From Phycisphaerae bacterium (GTDB taxonomy: Bacteria; Planctomycetota; Phycisphaerae; UBA1845), in the NCBI GenBank assembly GCA_022072505.1, contig JAJVHU010000010.1, positions 29,772 to 93,771 of the forward strand: 64,000 nt of DNA, in the 5' to 3' direction. The notes beneath the pieces were generated by a model, which was not told the origin of the DNA, ran no database searches, and saw nothing but the letters and a program-made list of their open reading frames with translations. Position numbers and translations under genes: made by a program. Shown here piece after piece: positions 8,708 to 17,395 of this stretch (positions are counted from its first letter, which is position 1; every line of letters starts with the position of its first letter).

Positions 8708-10897
8708 TCACGGTGCGCACGTCGCCGTGTCACGCACGCCCGGGCAATCCTCCAGGCTCGCCGTATGATCGCCCTCCGCGACGTTGTTCCACTTCGCCTT
8801 GGCCTTGCCGCGATTGTTGATCGTGCCCGTCACCGGCGATCCGCCGTCCAGCAGGATCACCACCTGCGTGCCCGAAGGCAACTGCGACAGCACCGTCGCC
8901 TTGAACGTATACTCGCCGTTCCGCTCCTTGCACTTCGCCTTGACCCGATCGACCAGCGCGCAGTTGATCGTGCAATCATGCGTCGAGCACGACGTTCCGA
9001 ACCCCTGCGGCCGACCGCCCAGCGCGAAGCACTCGCCCTCCGCCAGGTCCGCGCACGACCCGTCGTCGAAGCAGCACGCCGGGACCGGCAGCTCGCACTG
9101 CGCTTCCTCGCAGAGCACCCCCTTGTTCCGCGGGATGCCCGGCGCATCGAGGCACTCGAACGGCGGCAGCGTGTCGCACGACCCGTTCTCCAGGCAGCAC
9201 GCCACCGGATCACCGCAATGAACGGTCTCGCACGTCGTCCCCTGCCCCAGCGGAACGCCGCCGTTGGCCAGGCACTCGCTGCGCGGAAGCTCCGCGCACG
9301 ACAGGTTGAAGAAGCAGCACGCCTCCAGCCCGTCCGCGCAATCCACCGTCCCGCACGTCGAGCCCGGCCCCATCGCCGTCCCCCCCGACTGCTCGCACGC
9401 GAACACGCTCATCTCCGCGCACGGCCTCCCGTCGTCGTAGCAGCACGCCTGCGGCGGACAATTCGCCTCGCTGCACTGCTCGTCCTGCGTGAACGTGCCC
9501 TCAAGCAGCTCGCACGTGAAATCGCTCGTGAAGTAGCACCGACCGTCCGGCAGGCAGCACGCCCCGTACTGCACTTCTTCGCTGCACGGCGACGGGAAGT
9601 CGCTGCACACCTTGCCGTATCCGTAGAACTTATGTCCCGGAAGCTGCTCGCAATCCTCCGGCGACAGCATGTCGCAGCCGAAGTCCCAGCAGCACACGCC
9701 GATGCAATGCGGATTCAGATCCTCGCAGTTCGTCCCCTCTCCGCGCCACGTCCCCCGGATGCTCGTACACAGCGTCCGCGAGATGTCGTCCACGCAGCCC
9801 TGCGTCCGGCAGCACGACCCGTTGCCGCACCGCGGGAACACCGTCGCGCATTCAGAGTCTTCGCCCCGGAACGTCCCGCCCAGCGACGCACAATGCTCCG
9901 GCGTCGCCCCGTCGATGCACGACCCGTCCAGGAAACAGCACGCCCCCTGCACGCAGTTGTCCTCGCACGTCGTGAAGTGCCCCATGTAAGTCCCGCCCGC
10001 GGCCTCGCAGGCGAACTGGTTCGTATTGTCCGTGCAGCCCACGTCGAAGCAGCACGCCCCCTCCGGAAGCGGACAGCCCTGCTCCCAGTATTCCAGCGCC
10101 TCCTCGCACGTCACGCCCGGCGCCGTGAACTGCCCCGCGCATTCCTCCGCGAATTCCTGCGTACACGCTTCGTCCACGCAGCACACCCCCTGCTGACGGA
10201 TGCACACCCGCAGCGAGTACGCCCCGCTCGTCGCCGCGTTCAACGTCAACTCGTCCGCCAGCGGCGGGTTCCCCGTGCCCCCCGTCAGCCCCAGCGTCTG
10301 ACCCACCGAGAACGGCCGCGGGTACGACCGGTTGTCGCGCCCGTAGCTCACCTGCGCCCCCGTCCCCCACGCACACCCGAGGTAATACGCCTTCCCCGCA
10401 AGCAGCGGGATCGGGTCCGGATTCTCATTCTCATCCACGAATTCGCCCGTGCAGTAGTACACCGGCTGACCCGTTCCGGTGACGCGGAGGACAAGCTCCT
10501 TGATCTTCGTGTACACGCCCGGCTCATCGTCGATCGACTCGTACACGTTGAAGTACATATCCACGGCGTTGCCGTTGGGAATGTTCAACTGCATGCAGAA
10601 CTCGGTCAGCAGGGCGTCCTGCGCAATTTCGTAGATGTTGCCGCGGTAGCGCGACGGACCGGTGAACACCGTGATGTATTCCCCCGTCTGCTCGCAACCG
10701 TCCGCGATCTCGACGCCGTCGCCCTCATCCGGGCACACATCGACCACCTCAAAGGGCAGCCCCGCGTCCGGATCGCTCGCGTCGCCCGACTTCCACACCT
10801 GCGCCTCCGCGCTGATCGCCGCAGCGAACAACCCAACGCAAAACGCGCATGTCGAAAACGCCTCCGCTCCCCGATGCTTCTTCCCGTAATTGCGCAT
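8708..10897 (-). CDS. Secreted protein with 10 tandem Cys-rich (xACCxxDGxC...) modules and a conserved C-terminal domain
   Basis: ATG at 10897 has GGAGGG just upstream, whereas the track start at 10912 is a TTG without an SD. Signal peptide MRNYGKKHRG..FCVGLFAAAISAEA/QVW. Ten roughly 40-aa repeats each contain 5 Cys. The periodicity argues for real coding sequence. Confidence 0.8.
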   Translation of the reverse strand: MRNYGKKHRGAEAFSTCAFCVGLFAAAISAEAQVWKSGDASDPDAGLPFEVVDVCPDEGDGVEIADGCEQTGEYITVFTGPSRYRGNIYEIAQDALLTEFCMQLNIPNGNAVDMYFNVYESIDDEPGVYTKIKELVLRVTGTGQPVYYCTGEFVDENENPDPIPLLAGKAYYLGCAWGTGAQVSYGRDNRSYPRPFSVGQTLGLTGGTGNPPLADELTLNAATSGAYSLRVCIRQQGVCCVDEACTQEFAEECAGQFTAPGVTCEEALEYWEQGCPLPEGACCFDVGCTDNTNQFACEAAGGTYMGHFTTCEDNCVQGACCFLDGSCIDGATPEHCASLGGTFRGEDSECATVFPRCGNGSCCRTQGCVDDISRTLCTSIRGTWRGEGTNCEDLNPHCIGVCCWDFGCDMLSPEDCEQLPGHKFYGYGKVCSDFPSPCSEEVQYGACCLPDGRCYFTSDFTCELLEGTFTQDEQCSEANCPPQACCYDDGRPCAEMSVFACEQSGGTAMGPGSTCGTVDCADGLEACCFFNLSCAELPRSECLANGGVPLGQGTTCETVHCGDPVACCLENGSCDTLPPFECLDAPGIPRNKGVLCEEAQCELPVPACCFDDGSCADLAEGECFALGGRPQGFGTSCSTHDCTINCALVDRVKAKCKERNGEYTFKATVLSQLPSGTQVVILLDGGSPVTGTINNRGKAKAKWNNVAEGDHTASLEDCPGVRDTATCAP

Positions 10898-11296
10898 GAT
10901 CCCTCCGCTCAAGCGTAATTGCAGCCGCCCGCCGCGACTTCGCGCCGCGAACGCCCCTCCTGCAAAGCTCTCTTTCCCTGATGACCCTCAACCGCCGACG
11001 TACTCGGGTCGTCCCCGTCCCTGCGACGCCGCACCTCGCCTTGCAACCGACGCCGCACCTCGCCCGACGACTGATTCCGCACAGGATCCCGCGGCCCCGC
11101 ACCCGGAGACCGCGCCGCCGACGAACCGCACGATTCTAGCGTCACGCCGCCTGAAAGGCGACGAAAGAAATGACTCCCGCTCCCCCACCGCGTCCGGAAA
11201 CCCCAACACCCGATATCCGCAGGGCCGGCTCCCTCGCCGCCACCCCCGACGACCCGAGCACTCGACTACCCGACTACCCGAGTCCCCGACGCCCCG

Positions 11297-14200
11297 CTAA
11301 TCAAAATACGTCCCGGAATTGAGCGCGATCACACGCTCCCCGACCCGCGTCGGCGCGGGCTTGCCCAGCATCGCCGGCAGCCGGTCCAGCGTTTCCTGGA
11401 ACCGGATCGCCCGGCGCTCCAGTTCGTCAACCCGCGTGCCTTCCGCCGAATCCAGCGCCCCGTTCCCGTCAAAATCCGCGCTGCCGCGCACCGTCCCGTA
11501 AATCGTGAACACGTGCGACCGCGTCGTCGTCCAGTCCCCCAGCGACGCCAGCAGCGACACCGCCTCCGCGAAATCCTCGCGCATCACCGGACCGCGACCC
11601 AGGTCCACCCGACGATCCGAAATCCCCAGATCGAACCGGTACGCCGAATACCAGTCCGGAATCGTGTCCGACGCCGAGGTCGCCCGGAGGTTCGCAAGCT
11701 CCCCGACGCTCACGAACCCCGTCCCCCGACGACGCGCCGCCGGACCCGCCCAACTCCGCTCGGACTCATAATTGCCCGTCGCCTCCGGATTGTTCGCGCC
11801 GTCCACGTCATCGAGCTGCGTCGCCCCGCGGTAAGCCGCGATCGACTTCGCCAGGCGATACCCGATCGGGTACGTCGCGTTCGGATCGAGCTGATCGCCG
11901 CTCTGGCGCTCCGCGTCCGAAAGCAGCGGCTGTTCCATCGCAATCCGCATCCGGTCCTTCATCTGGTACAGGATCCGCCCGTTGCTGTCCCACGTCTTGT
12001 CGAAGTAGTACCCGCGCGGCATGTCCGCGGCCTTCGTCACCGGAAGCCCCGCCAGCACCGACCACGGCGCCGAGTTCAGGTTGATCCGACCGCTCACGCG
12101 CAACCCCCCCGCGTCCACGTAGGGCGACGTGTAATCCCAATCCACGTCCTTCACCGAACCCAGCGGCAGCGACGTGAAATGATCGAACACCGACTGACCC
12201 CACGGCAACTGCTTCACCCCGCCCGGAACGTTCCCCGCAGAGATCGCCGGATCCACGTGGTGCCAGTACACCTGCACCGGGTTCCCGTTCCCGTCCACCC
12301 CGATGAACCCGTTGTCGAACACCGGCAGCCGGCCGTTGTCCACCTGGTTCTTCTCCTGCTGGAGCAGCCGCGTGAACGCCCCCGTCCGCTGGTTCGCATA
12401 ACGCATCAGGTACAGCATCGACCCCGTCGTCGGATACGCCGTCCGCAGCGCCCCCGTGTCCGCCAGCTCCACCTCCACGTTCCGGATCGCCTCGTTCCCG
12501 TCGTAGTCGTTCTCCACGAACAACTCGTTCCAAGTCCCCAGCGAATGCCGGCACTCGCCCGTGTCCGTGAACGCATCGAACTCCAGCGCATGCGCCACCG
12601 GAACCATCCAGTTGTGAACGATGTTCAAACCCTGATCCGCGTCGCTCTGCCGACGCATCGGACGCTCCATCGAGTAGCCGTTTTCATATTCGTTAGGCGG
12701 TCCAGTATAAGGCACCTTGATGCCGATGTTTGATCCGTTCATCAGGAATTGATCGACTGGGTGAAACGCGCCGTCAAACCCGCTGTTGAACTTGACGAGG
12801 TAAATCGTATCGCCGTTCTCAAACTCAAATGCCTGGCTCGGCGCATCCATGTAATAAACAGTATTCGGCGCAACCCCCTGACAAAGCTGGAAGAACGGAT
12901 GACTCTTAGGATCACCGCTCTGTCCATTAAGGAGGACACGGAAATACCCCGGTGGCCGACTCAGCGGCGGCGTGTTGATCAATTCGGCCGGCTGCGGAAG
13001 CACCGGGAACGTCTCGTTCTGATCAATTCGGTACAACTTGCCGGCCTCAAACGCCTGTCCTCCATTGACGACATAAACTGCGTAGCGCCGCAAATCGAAT
13101 AGCCGATCATTGTAAGGCGAGAACAGTTCAATTCCGTATGCGGAAACATTCGGCGGCGGCGTGTCATACGACAACGCCACCACTTCCGTGATATACGGCT
13201 GGCGCTCCACGCCGTAGACGCTCTCGATCTGCTGCTGCCCGAAGACGTCCAGATACGTCACCACCTGCCCGAACCTCGCCGACGTCGGGTTGCTCACCCG
13301 GATCGGGACCGGCGTCGACGGGTCGTCGTACTCGTAATTCTCATAATCCGGCACGTACCGCCCCAGACCGTCCTGGATCAGGTGGTCCACGTCCTGGTCC
13401 GCGTAGTCGATCAGGTTCGCGGTCATCGACGCCGCCAGCACCGCGATCAGGTCAAACCGGTCCACCGCCCCGCTGCCGTCCACGTCCCCGATCTGCGGCG
13501 TGCCTTCGAAGTTCACGTTGCCCCGGAAAAACTCCGCAAGCTGATCCGGCAGCCCGTCGCCGTTGGTGTCCGGCCCGGTCGCATGATTCAGCAGCATCGC
13601 CGTGAAATTCGCCTGGATCAGCCCGATCGCCGTCTGCACGCTCGGGTGCGCGTAATTCGTCCGGAACCCGTTGATCCCGTCCACCGGATCCAGCAGCACG
13701 TCCTCGATCCACGGCAGCGACAGCATCAGCCGTCCCGCCACCGTCAGCTCCGTCACCCCGTCGCCGTCGAAATCCGGACACGAATTCACGTCCGCCGACC
13801 CGTCGTCGTCCACGTCCACGCACGGGTACTGGTAGAACTTCAGGAACGGCAGGCTGCTGAGCACCAGCGGGTCGCTGTTGCCGCGGTTCTGAAGATAAAG
13901 CCGGCGCATCCGGTCCTGAAGATCGCGCCCGCCCGTCAATTCCACGCCCCGCGCGAAAAGATCGTCATGACTGATCGTCGTCAGATGTCGCCGACGGTCG
14001 TACCAGCCGCCCGAGCCCGGGTCCGTCGCCGTCCCGCGCGTCGACATCACGTTGTACAACCACGCGTCGCCCGTACCGTCGAAGTCCTCGTTGAAGCGCA
14101 GCGTCCACCAGTGCCACTGCCCCGCCCCCAGCGCCGGATACTGCACCAGCAGCTTGTCCGTCAGCTCCCCGCTGTCCAGCACAAACGGGTTCCCGTGCAG

Positions 14201-15322
14201 CTTCGTCACCGGAAGCTGACGCGGAGGAATCAGCCCCCCGCGACGCCGCAGCACCGGCTCTTCCGTCGTCGGCGAGTACTCGCGCGAAAGCTGCCCGCTC
14301 CAGTTCGACGGGCGGGCCTTGTAGTCGTTCGTCAGGATCGTGTTCACCAGCAGCGGGTGCGACCAGCTCAGGTTCACCATCGCCCCGTGATCCACGACCC
14401 GCATCGCCAGCGACGGATCCGCCGTCATGTTCAGCGGCTCGTTCACCTCCCGCGCCAGCGCCCGGATCTCCTCTTCCGGAAGTCCGAACGCCCGCAGCGA
14501 CACCGACCGCGCGTCGTTGACCCCGTCCCCGTCCGCGTCCGCCCAGTCCGCCACGCCGTCCGCCGCCGGCGACCCGCCGAAGATCGCGATGTAACCGTCC
14601 TGCCACAGCTTGATCGGATTGCCGTCCGCGTCCTCCCCGTCGAGCACCCAGTCCGCCGACGTGATCGCCCCGTCGTTGTCATAATCCGTCGCCGGCGCCG
14701 TCAACACCGTCCGCGCGTTCGGATTGCTGCGGCTCGGCGGGAGCGCGAACGCCGCCCCGCTGACGATCCGCTCCACGTCGCTGGCGATCACGAACGCCCG
14801 GCTCCCCTGATAAGGACTCGCCGGATCGACCGCCTCCGCATCGGCCTGCCCGAAAAGCGTGTGAACGCCGTAAACCTCGCCGTAAGTCGGGCGGATCGCG
14901 CGACCGCTCCCGTCCACCAAACCGTTCATCTGGCTCGACGCATACGGCGCGCCGCCCTGCCCCACGACGCCCTCGACCAGAACGTCCGACACGATGTTCA
15001 TCACCGTGCTGATCGCCGATTCCTTGTCCACCCGCTTCTGCTGCGACGCCAGGTTGTTCGTCTCGAAACGCATCGACCGCAGGAATACAACGCCGACGAC
15101 AAAGAGAATCCCCAGCAGCGCGACCACCACCACCAGCGCCACGCCCTCACGCCGCGCCCCCGCACGCCGCGCATCGCTGATCCGCGCCGCTTCACGCCGC
15201 GCCCCGCCGCGCCCCGCATCGCCGGTTCGCGCCGCCACGCCGCCACGCGCATCGCCGCGCCGCCAGGCGCAGGCGCCGCCCCGCACGTCTCCGCGTCTCA
15301 CTCTGTCACCCCGTCGCGTCAT
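11297..15322 (-). CDS. Giant GspK-like minor pseudopilin with multiple DxDxDG calcium-loop motifs
   Basis: N-terminal anchor REGVALVVVVALLGILFVVG. GspK-like HhH segments GRINLNSAPWSVLAGLPV and GFVSVGELANL. QPYITEV. Loops DADGDGVND, DFDGDGVTE, DTNGDGLPD, DVDGSGAVDRFDLIAVL and DFDGNGALD. ATG at 15322 has a GAGG 9 nt upstream; the track start at 15337 is GTG. Confidence 0.7.
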   Translation of the reverse strand: MTRRGDRVRRGDVRGGACAWRRGDARGGVAARTGDAGRGGARREAARISDARRAGARREGVALVVVVALLGILFVVGVVFLRSMRFETNNLASQQKRVDKESAISTVMNIVSDVLVEGVVGQGGAPYASSQMNGLVDGSGRAIRPTYGEVYGVHTLFGQADAEAVDPASPYQGSRAFVIASDVERIVSGAAFALPPSRSNPNARTVLTAPATDYDNDGAITSADWVLDGEDADGNPIKLWQDGYIAIFGGSPAADGVADWADADGDGVNDARSVSLRAFGLPEEEIRALAREVNEPLNMTADPSLAMRVVDHGAMVNLSWSHPLLVNTILTNDYKARPSNWSGQLSREYSPTTEEPVLRRRGGLIPPRQLPVTKLHGNPFVLDSGELTDKLLVQYPALGAGQWHWWTLRFNEDFDGTGDAWLYNVMSTRGTATDPGSGGWYDRRRHLTTISHDDLFARGVELTGGRDLQDRMRRLYLQNRGNSDPLVLSSLPFLKFYQYPCVDVDDDGSADVNSCPDFDGDGVTELTVAGRLMLSLPWIEDVLLDPVDGINGFRTNYAHPSVQTAIGLIQANFTAMLLNHATGPDTNGDGLPDQLAEFFRGNVNFEGTPQIGDVDGSGAVDRFDLIAVLAASMTANLIDYADQDVDHLIQDGLGRYVPDYENYEYDDPSTPVPIRVSNPTSARFGQVVTYLDVFGQQQIESVYGVERQPYITEVVALSYDTPPPNVSAYGIELFSPYNDRLFDLRRYAVYVVNGGQAFEAGKLYRIDQNETFPVLPQPAELINTPPLSRPPGYFRVLLNGQSGDPKSHPFFQLCQGVAPNTVYYMDAPSQAFEFENGDTIYLVKFNSGFDGAFHPVDQFLMNGSNIGIKVPYTGPPNEYENGYSMERPMRRQSDADQGLNIVHNWMVPVAHALEFDAFTDTGECRHSLGTWNELFVENDYDGNEAIRNVEVELADTGALRTAYPTTGSMLYLMRYANQRTGAFTRLLQQEKNQVDNGRLPVFDNGFIGVDGNGNPVQVYWHHVDPAISAGNVPGGVKQLPWGQSVFDHFTSLPLGSVKDVDWDYTSPYVDAGGLRVSGRINLNSAPWSVLAGLPVTKAADMPRGYYFDKTWDSNGRILYQMKDRMRIAMEQPLLSDAERQSGDQLDPNATYPIGYRLAKSIAAYRGATQLDDVDGANNPEATGNYESERSWAGPAARRRGTGFVSVGELANLRATSASDTIPDWYSAYRFDLGISDRRVDLGRGPVMREDFAEAVSLLASLGDWTTTRSHVFTIYGTVRGSADFDGNGALDSAEGTRVDELERRAIRFQETLDRLPAMLGKPAPTRVGERVIALNSGTYFD

Positions 15323-15370
15323 ATCATTGCACCTCACTCGTACCCCAACCCGGCGCGTCCCTGTTCCCTA

Positions 15371-15398
15371 TTGCCTGTTGCCTGTTGCCTACTGCCTA
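15371..15398. repeat. Four tandem heptamers TTGCCTG TTGCCTG TTGCCTA CTGCCTA
   Basis: Read directly from the sequence. They fill most of the 58-nt spacer between the two pseudopilin genes and overlap the upstream stop codon. Confidence 0.7.
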
Positions 15399-16895
15399 TC
15401 TCCCCACCGGTATCACCATCACATGCCGGATCGGCTTGTCCAGCCGGTTCAGATCATCCACCACGTCCACCGTGATCCGCAGCGCCGTCGGAAAAAACGG
15501 ATCCGGCGTCGCCGCCCCCAGTACGTTCCCGTTGCAATCCAGCGGAAGCGTCCGCGGAAACCACCCGATCCCCGCGTACGCGACATCCCCGCCGAAGTAC
15601 CCCGGATCGAACCGCGGCCGGGCGATCGACGTTCCGTCGTCGCAGCTCGACCACAGCGAGTCATGCAACTCGCGGAACGCATTCGCCCGGTTCGCGTCGC
15701 GTCGCGCCCGGTAGTATTCTTCTTCCTGCTCCAGTGTCCGGAACAGGCTCACTTTCTGCGCATCGTCCGAAGAATCCCGCATCCAGGTGTCGAACCACAC
15801 CACGTGGTCCCCCGACTTCAGCACGCCGCCGGCATCTTCAAACGTCCACTCCACCTTGAACGAAGCGCATCGCGGAAGGAAATACGCGCTCAGCCCCCCC
15901 GCCTCCGCCAGCGCCGAAGGCAGCGCCGCGTCGCCGATGCTGCGCCCCTGGTACGGTGTGTTCATCCACGGAAAGAGCTGATCGTCGTAAAACATCGCCC
16001 CGGGCGGCGGGTTCCCCATCATCGATCGCGAATACGGCGGCGGAACCGCGTCGCGCAGCACCTGCGCGGTGTAGTCGTAGTTGTAGACGATGTCCGCCAG
16101 ACCCTTCAGGATCGGGTAGTCCCCGCTCGTCTCGGGCACTTCGTCCACCAGCGACGGCCCCGGCCGCCAACGCGGATCCGGCTGATTGTCCGCCCCGACC
16201 GGCGCGCTCGACGACGGAAGCATCAGCAGCGACCGCCGCGACAGCATCCAGTCCGCCGCCGCACGCGACGCCACCAGCTCGTCCGGATCATCCAGCCGCG
16301 GAAACTGATCCAGCGTGTCGTCCCACGCCAGCGCGTAACCGTTCGGCGCGTTCACATCCTTCGAATACTTCCCCGCGTTCGCGTGACCGTAAACCACGAA
16401 CTGCGAGTGCGACGCCGCCCCGTTGTACACCGCGCTCGTTCCCAGCCGCGACGTGAAGAACGCCAGCAGGTCCGCCCGAGGCGCCACCAGGTTCCCGCTC
16501 GCGTCCTCTCGCTCCGGATCCGGAAAGTGCGGATATCCGTCCGTCGGATCGCCCAGACCCCCGTCCGGCGGCGCGTCGCCCTCCATCCCGTCCTTCGTCC
16601 AGTACGCCCGCACCGGCCGACCCTGCACAAACAGGATCGAGTTCTCCGGCGTCACGTACCGCAGATCCTCGCGCAGCGTCTCCTCCAGCAACCGCAGCCG
16701 CTGATTCACGTTCGTCAGCGCCGTCGCCTGCCCGGTGGACTTCACCGTGATCGTGAAGACCTGCCCCGCCAGCAGCATCATCAGCGCCAGGATCGCCACC
16801 GCGACCACCAGCTCCGCGAGCGTAAACGCGCCGCGCCTTTCCGGCCTGCCGCTGACCCAAGGCTGGTTCGACCCCCGATTCATGTCTGATCTCAT
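15396..16895 (-). CDS. Large prepilin-type N-terminal cleavage/methylation domain protein (type II secretion pseudopilin-like)
   Basis: Leader plus RRGAFTLAELVVAVAILALMMLLAG, which is the G-FTLxE class III signal with one extra Ala. 499 aa. Lies directly upstream of the GspK-like gene on the same strand. Confidence 0.75.
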   Translation of the reverse strand: MRSDMNRGSNQPWVSGRPERRGAFTLAELVVAVAILALMMLLAGQVFTITVKSTGQATALTNVNQRLRLLEETLREDLRYVTPENSILFVQGRPVRAYWTKDGMEGDAPPDGGLGDPTDGYPHFPDPEREDASGNLVAPRADLLAFFTSRLGTSAVYNGAASHSQFVVYGHANAGKYSKDVNAPNGYALAWDDTLDQFPRLDDPDELVASRAAADWMLSRRSLLMLPSSSAPVGADNQPDPRWRPGPSLVDEVPETSGDYPILKGLADIVYNYDYTAQVLRDAVPPPYSRSMMGNPPPGAMFYDDQLFPWMNTPYQGRSIGDAALPSALAEAGGLSAYFLPRCASFKVEWTFEDAGGVLKSGDHVVWFDTWMRDSSDDAQKVSLFRTLEQEEEYYRARRDANRANAFRELHDSLWSSCDDGTSIARPRFDPGYFGGDVAYAGIGWFPRTLPLDCNGNVLGAATPDPFFPTALRITVDVVDDLNRLDKPIRHVMVIPVGR

Positions 16896-17120
16896 TAAAT
16901 TGAAGCTGTAAATCTGACTGCCACGCCCCTTGTCCCGATACGAGTCGAGCGGATCCGACCCGCCAGCCGCACCTGTAGTATTGTGTCAGCCAAGTGTCGG
17001 TCTAGGGGGGCGGTGCCGCAAAAGGTTATTGACACAATCCACATCGAACCGCAGAAAATCTAACCCGAACCACCCACCCGAACCACGCACCCGACCCGCG
17101 CACCCGAACCGCGCACCCGA

Positions 17121-17334
17121 GCCGCGCGGCTTCAGCCCGCGCGATCGAACCGCGCGACCGACCCGCGCGGCTTCAGCCCGCGCGATCGAACCGCGCACCC
17201 GAACCACGCACCCGACCCGCGCGGCTTCAGCCCGCGCGACCGAACCGCGCACCCGACCCGCGCACCCGAGCCGCGCGGCTTCAGCCCGCGCGATCGAACC
17301 GCGCACCCGAGCCGCGCGGCTTCAGCCCGCGCGA
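17121..17334. repeat. Array of five 24-bp REP-like hairpin units (G/C)CCGCGCGGCTTCAGCCCGCGCGA
   Basis: Units at 17121, 17162, 17216, 17270 and 17311, giving spacings of 41/54/54/41 nt. Stem CGCGCGG/CCGCGCG with loop CTTCAGC. The spacers are themselves repeats of CACCCGA-type motifs. Confidence 0.85.
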
Positions 17335-17395
17335 TCCAACATTCAGAAAAGATCCCTCTTCCGCGGTTGTACTTCCCTTCCGCGCTTGTGCTTCG

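Noticed and set aside
15120-15322. Three RGD triplets read as integrin-type adhesion motifs
   Set aside because: They lie on the cytoplasmic side, N-terminal to the membrane anchor, and derive from repetitive CGN/GGN-rich DNA. They are most likely compositional.
17121-17334. Repeat array considered as a CRISPR array
   Set aside because: The repeats are only 24 bp. The spacers are 17 or 30 nt, non-unique and themselves repetitive (the two 17-nt spacers differ by 2 nt, and the two 30-nt spacers are related). There are no cas genes in the window. The same unit occurs singly or in inverted pairs elsewhere, which is REP-like behaviour.
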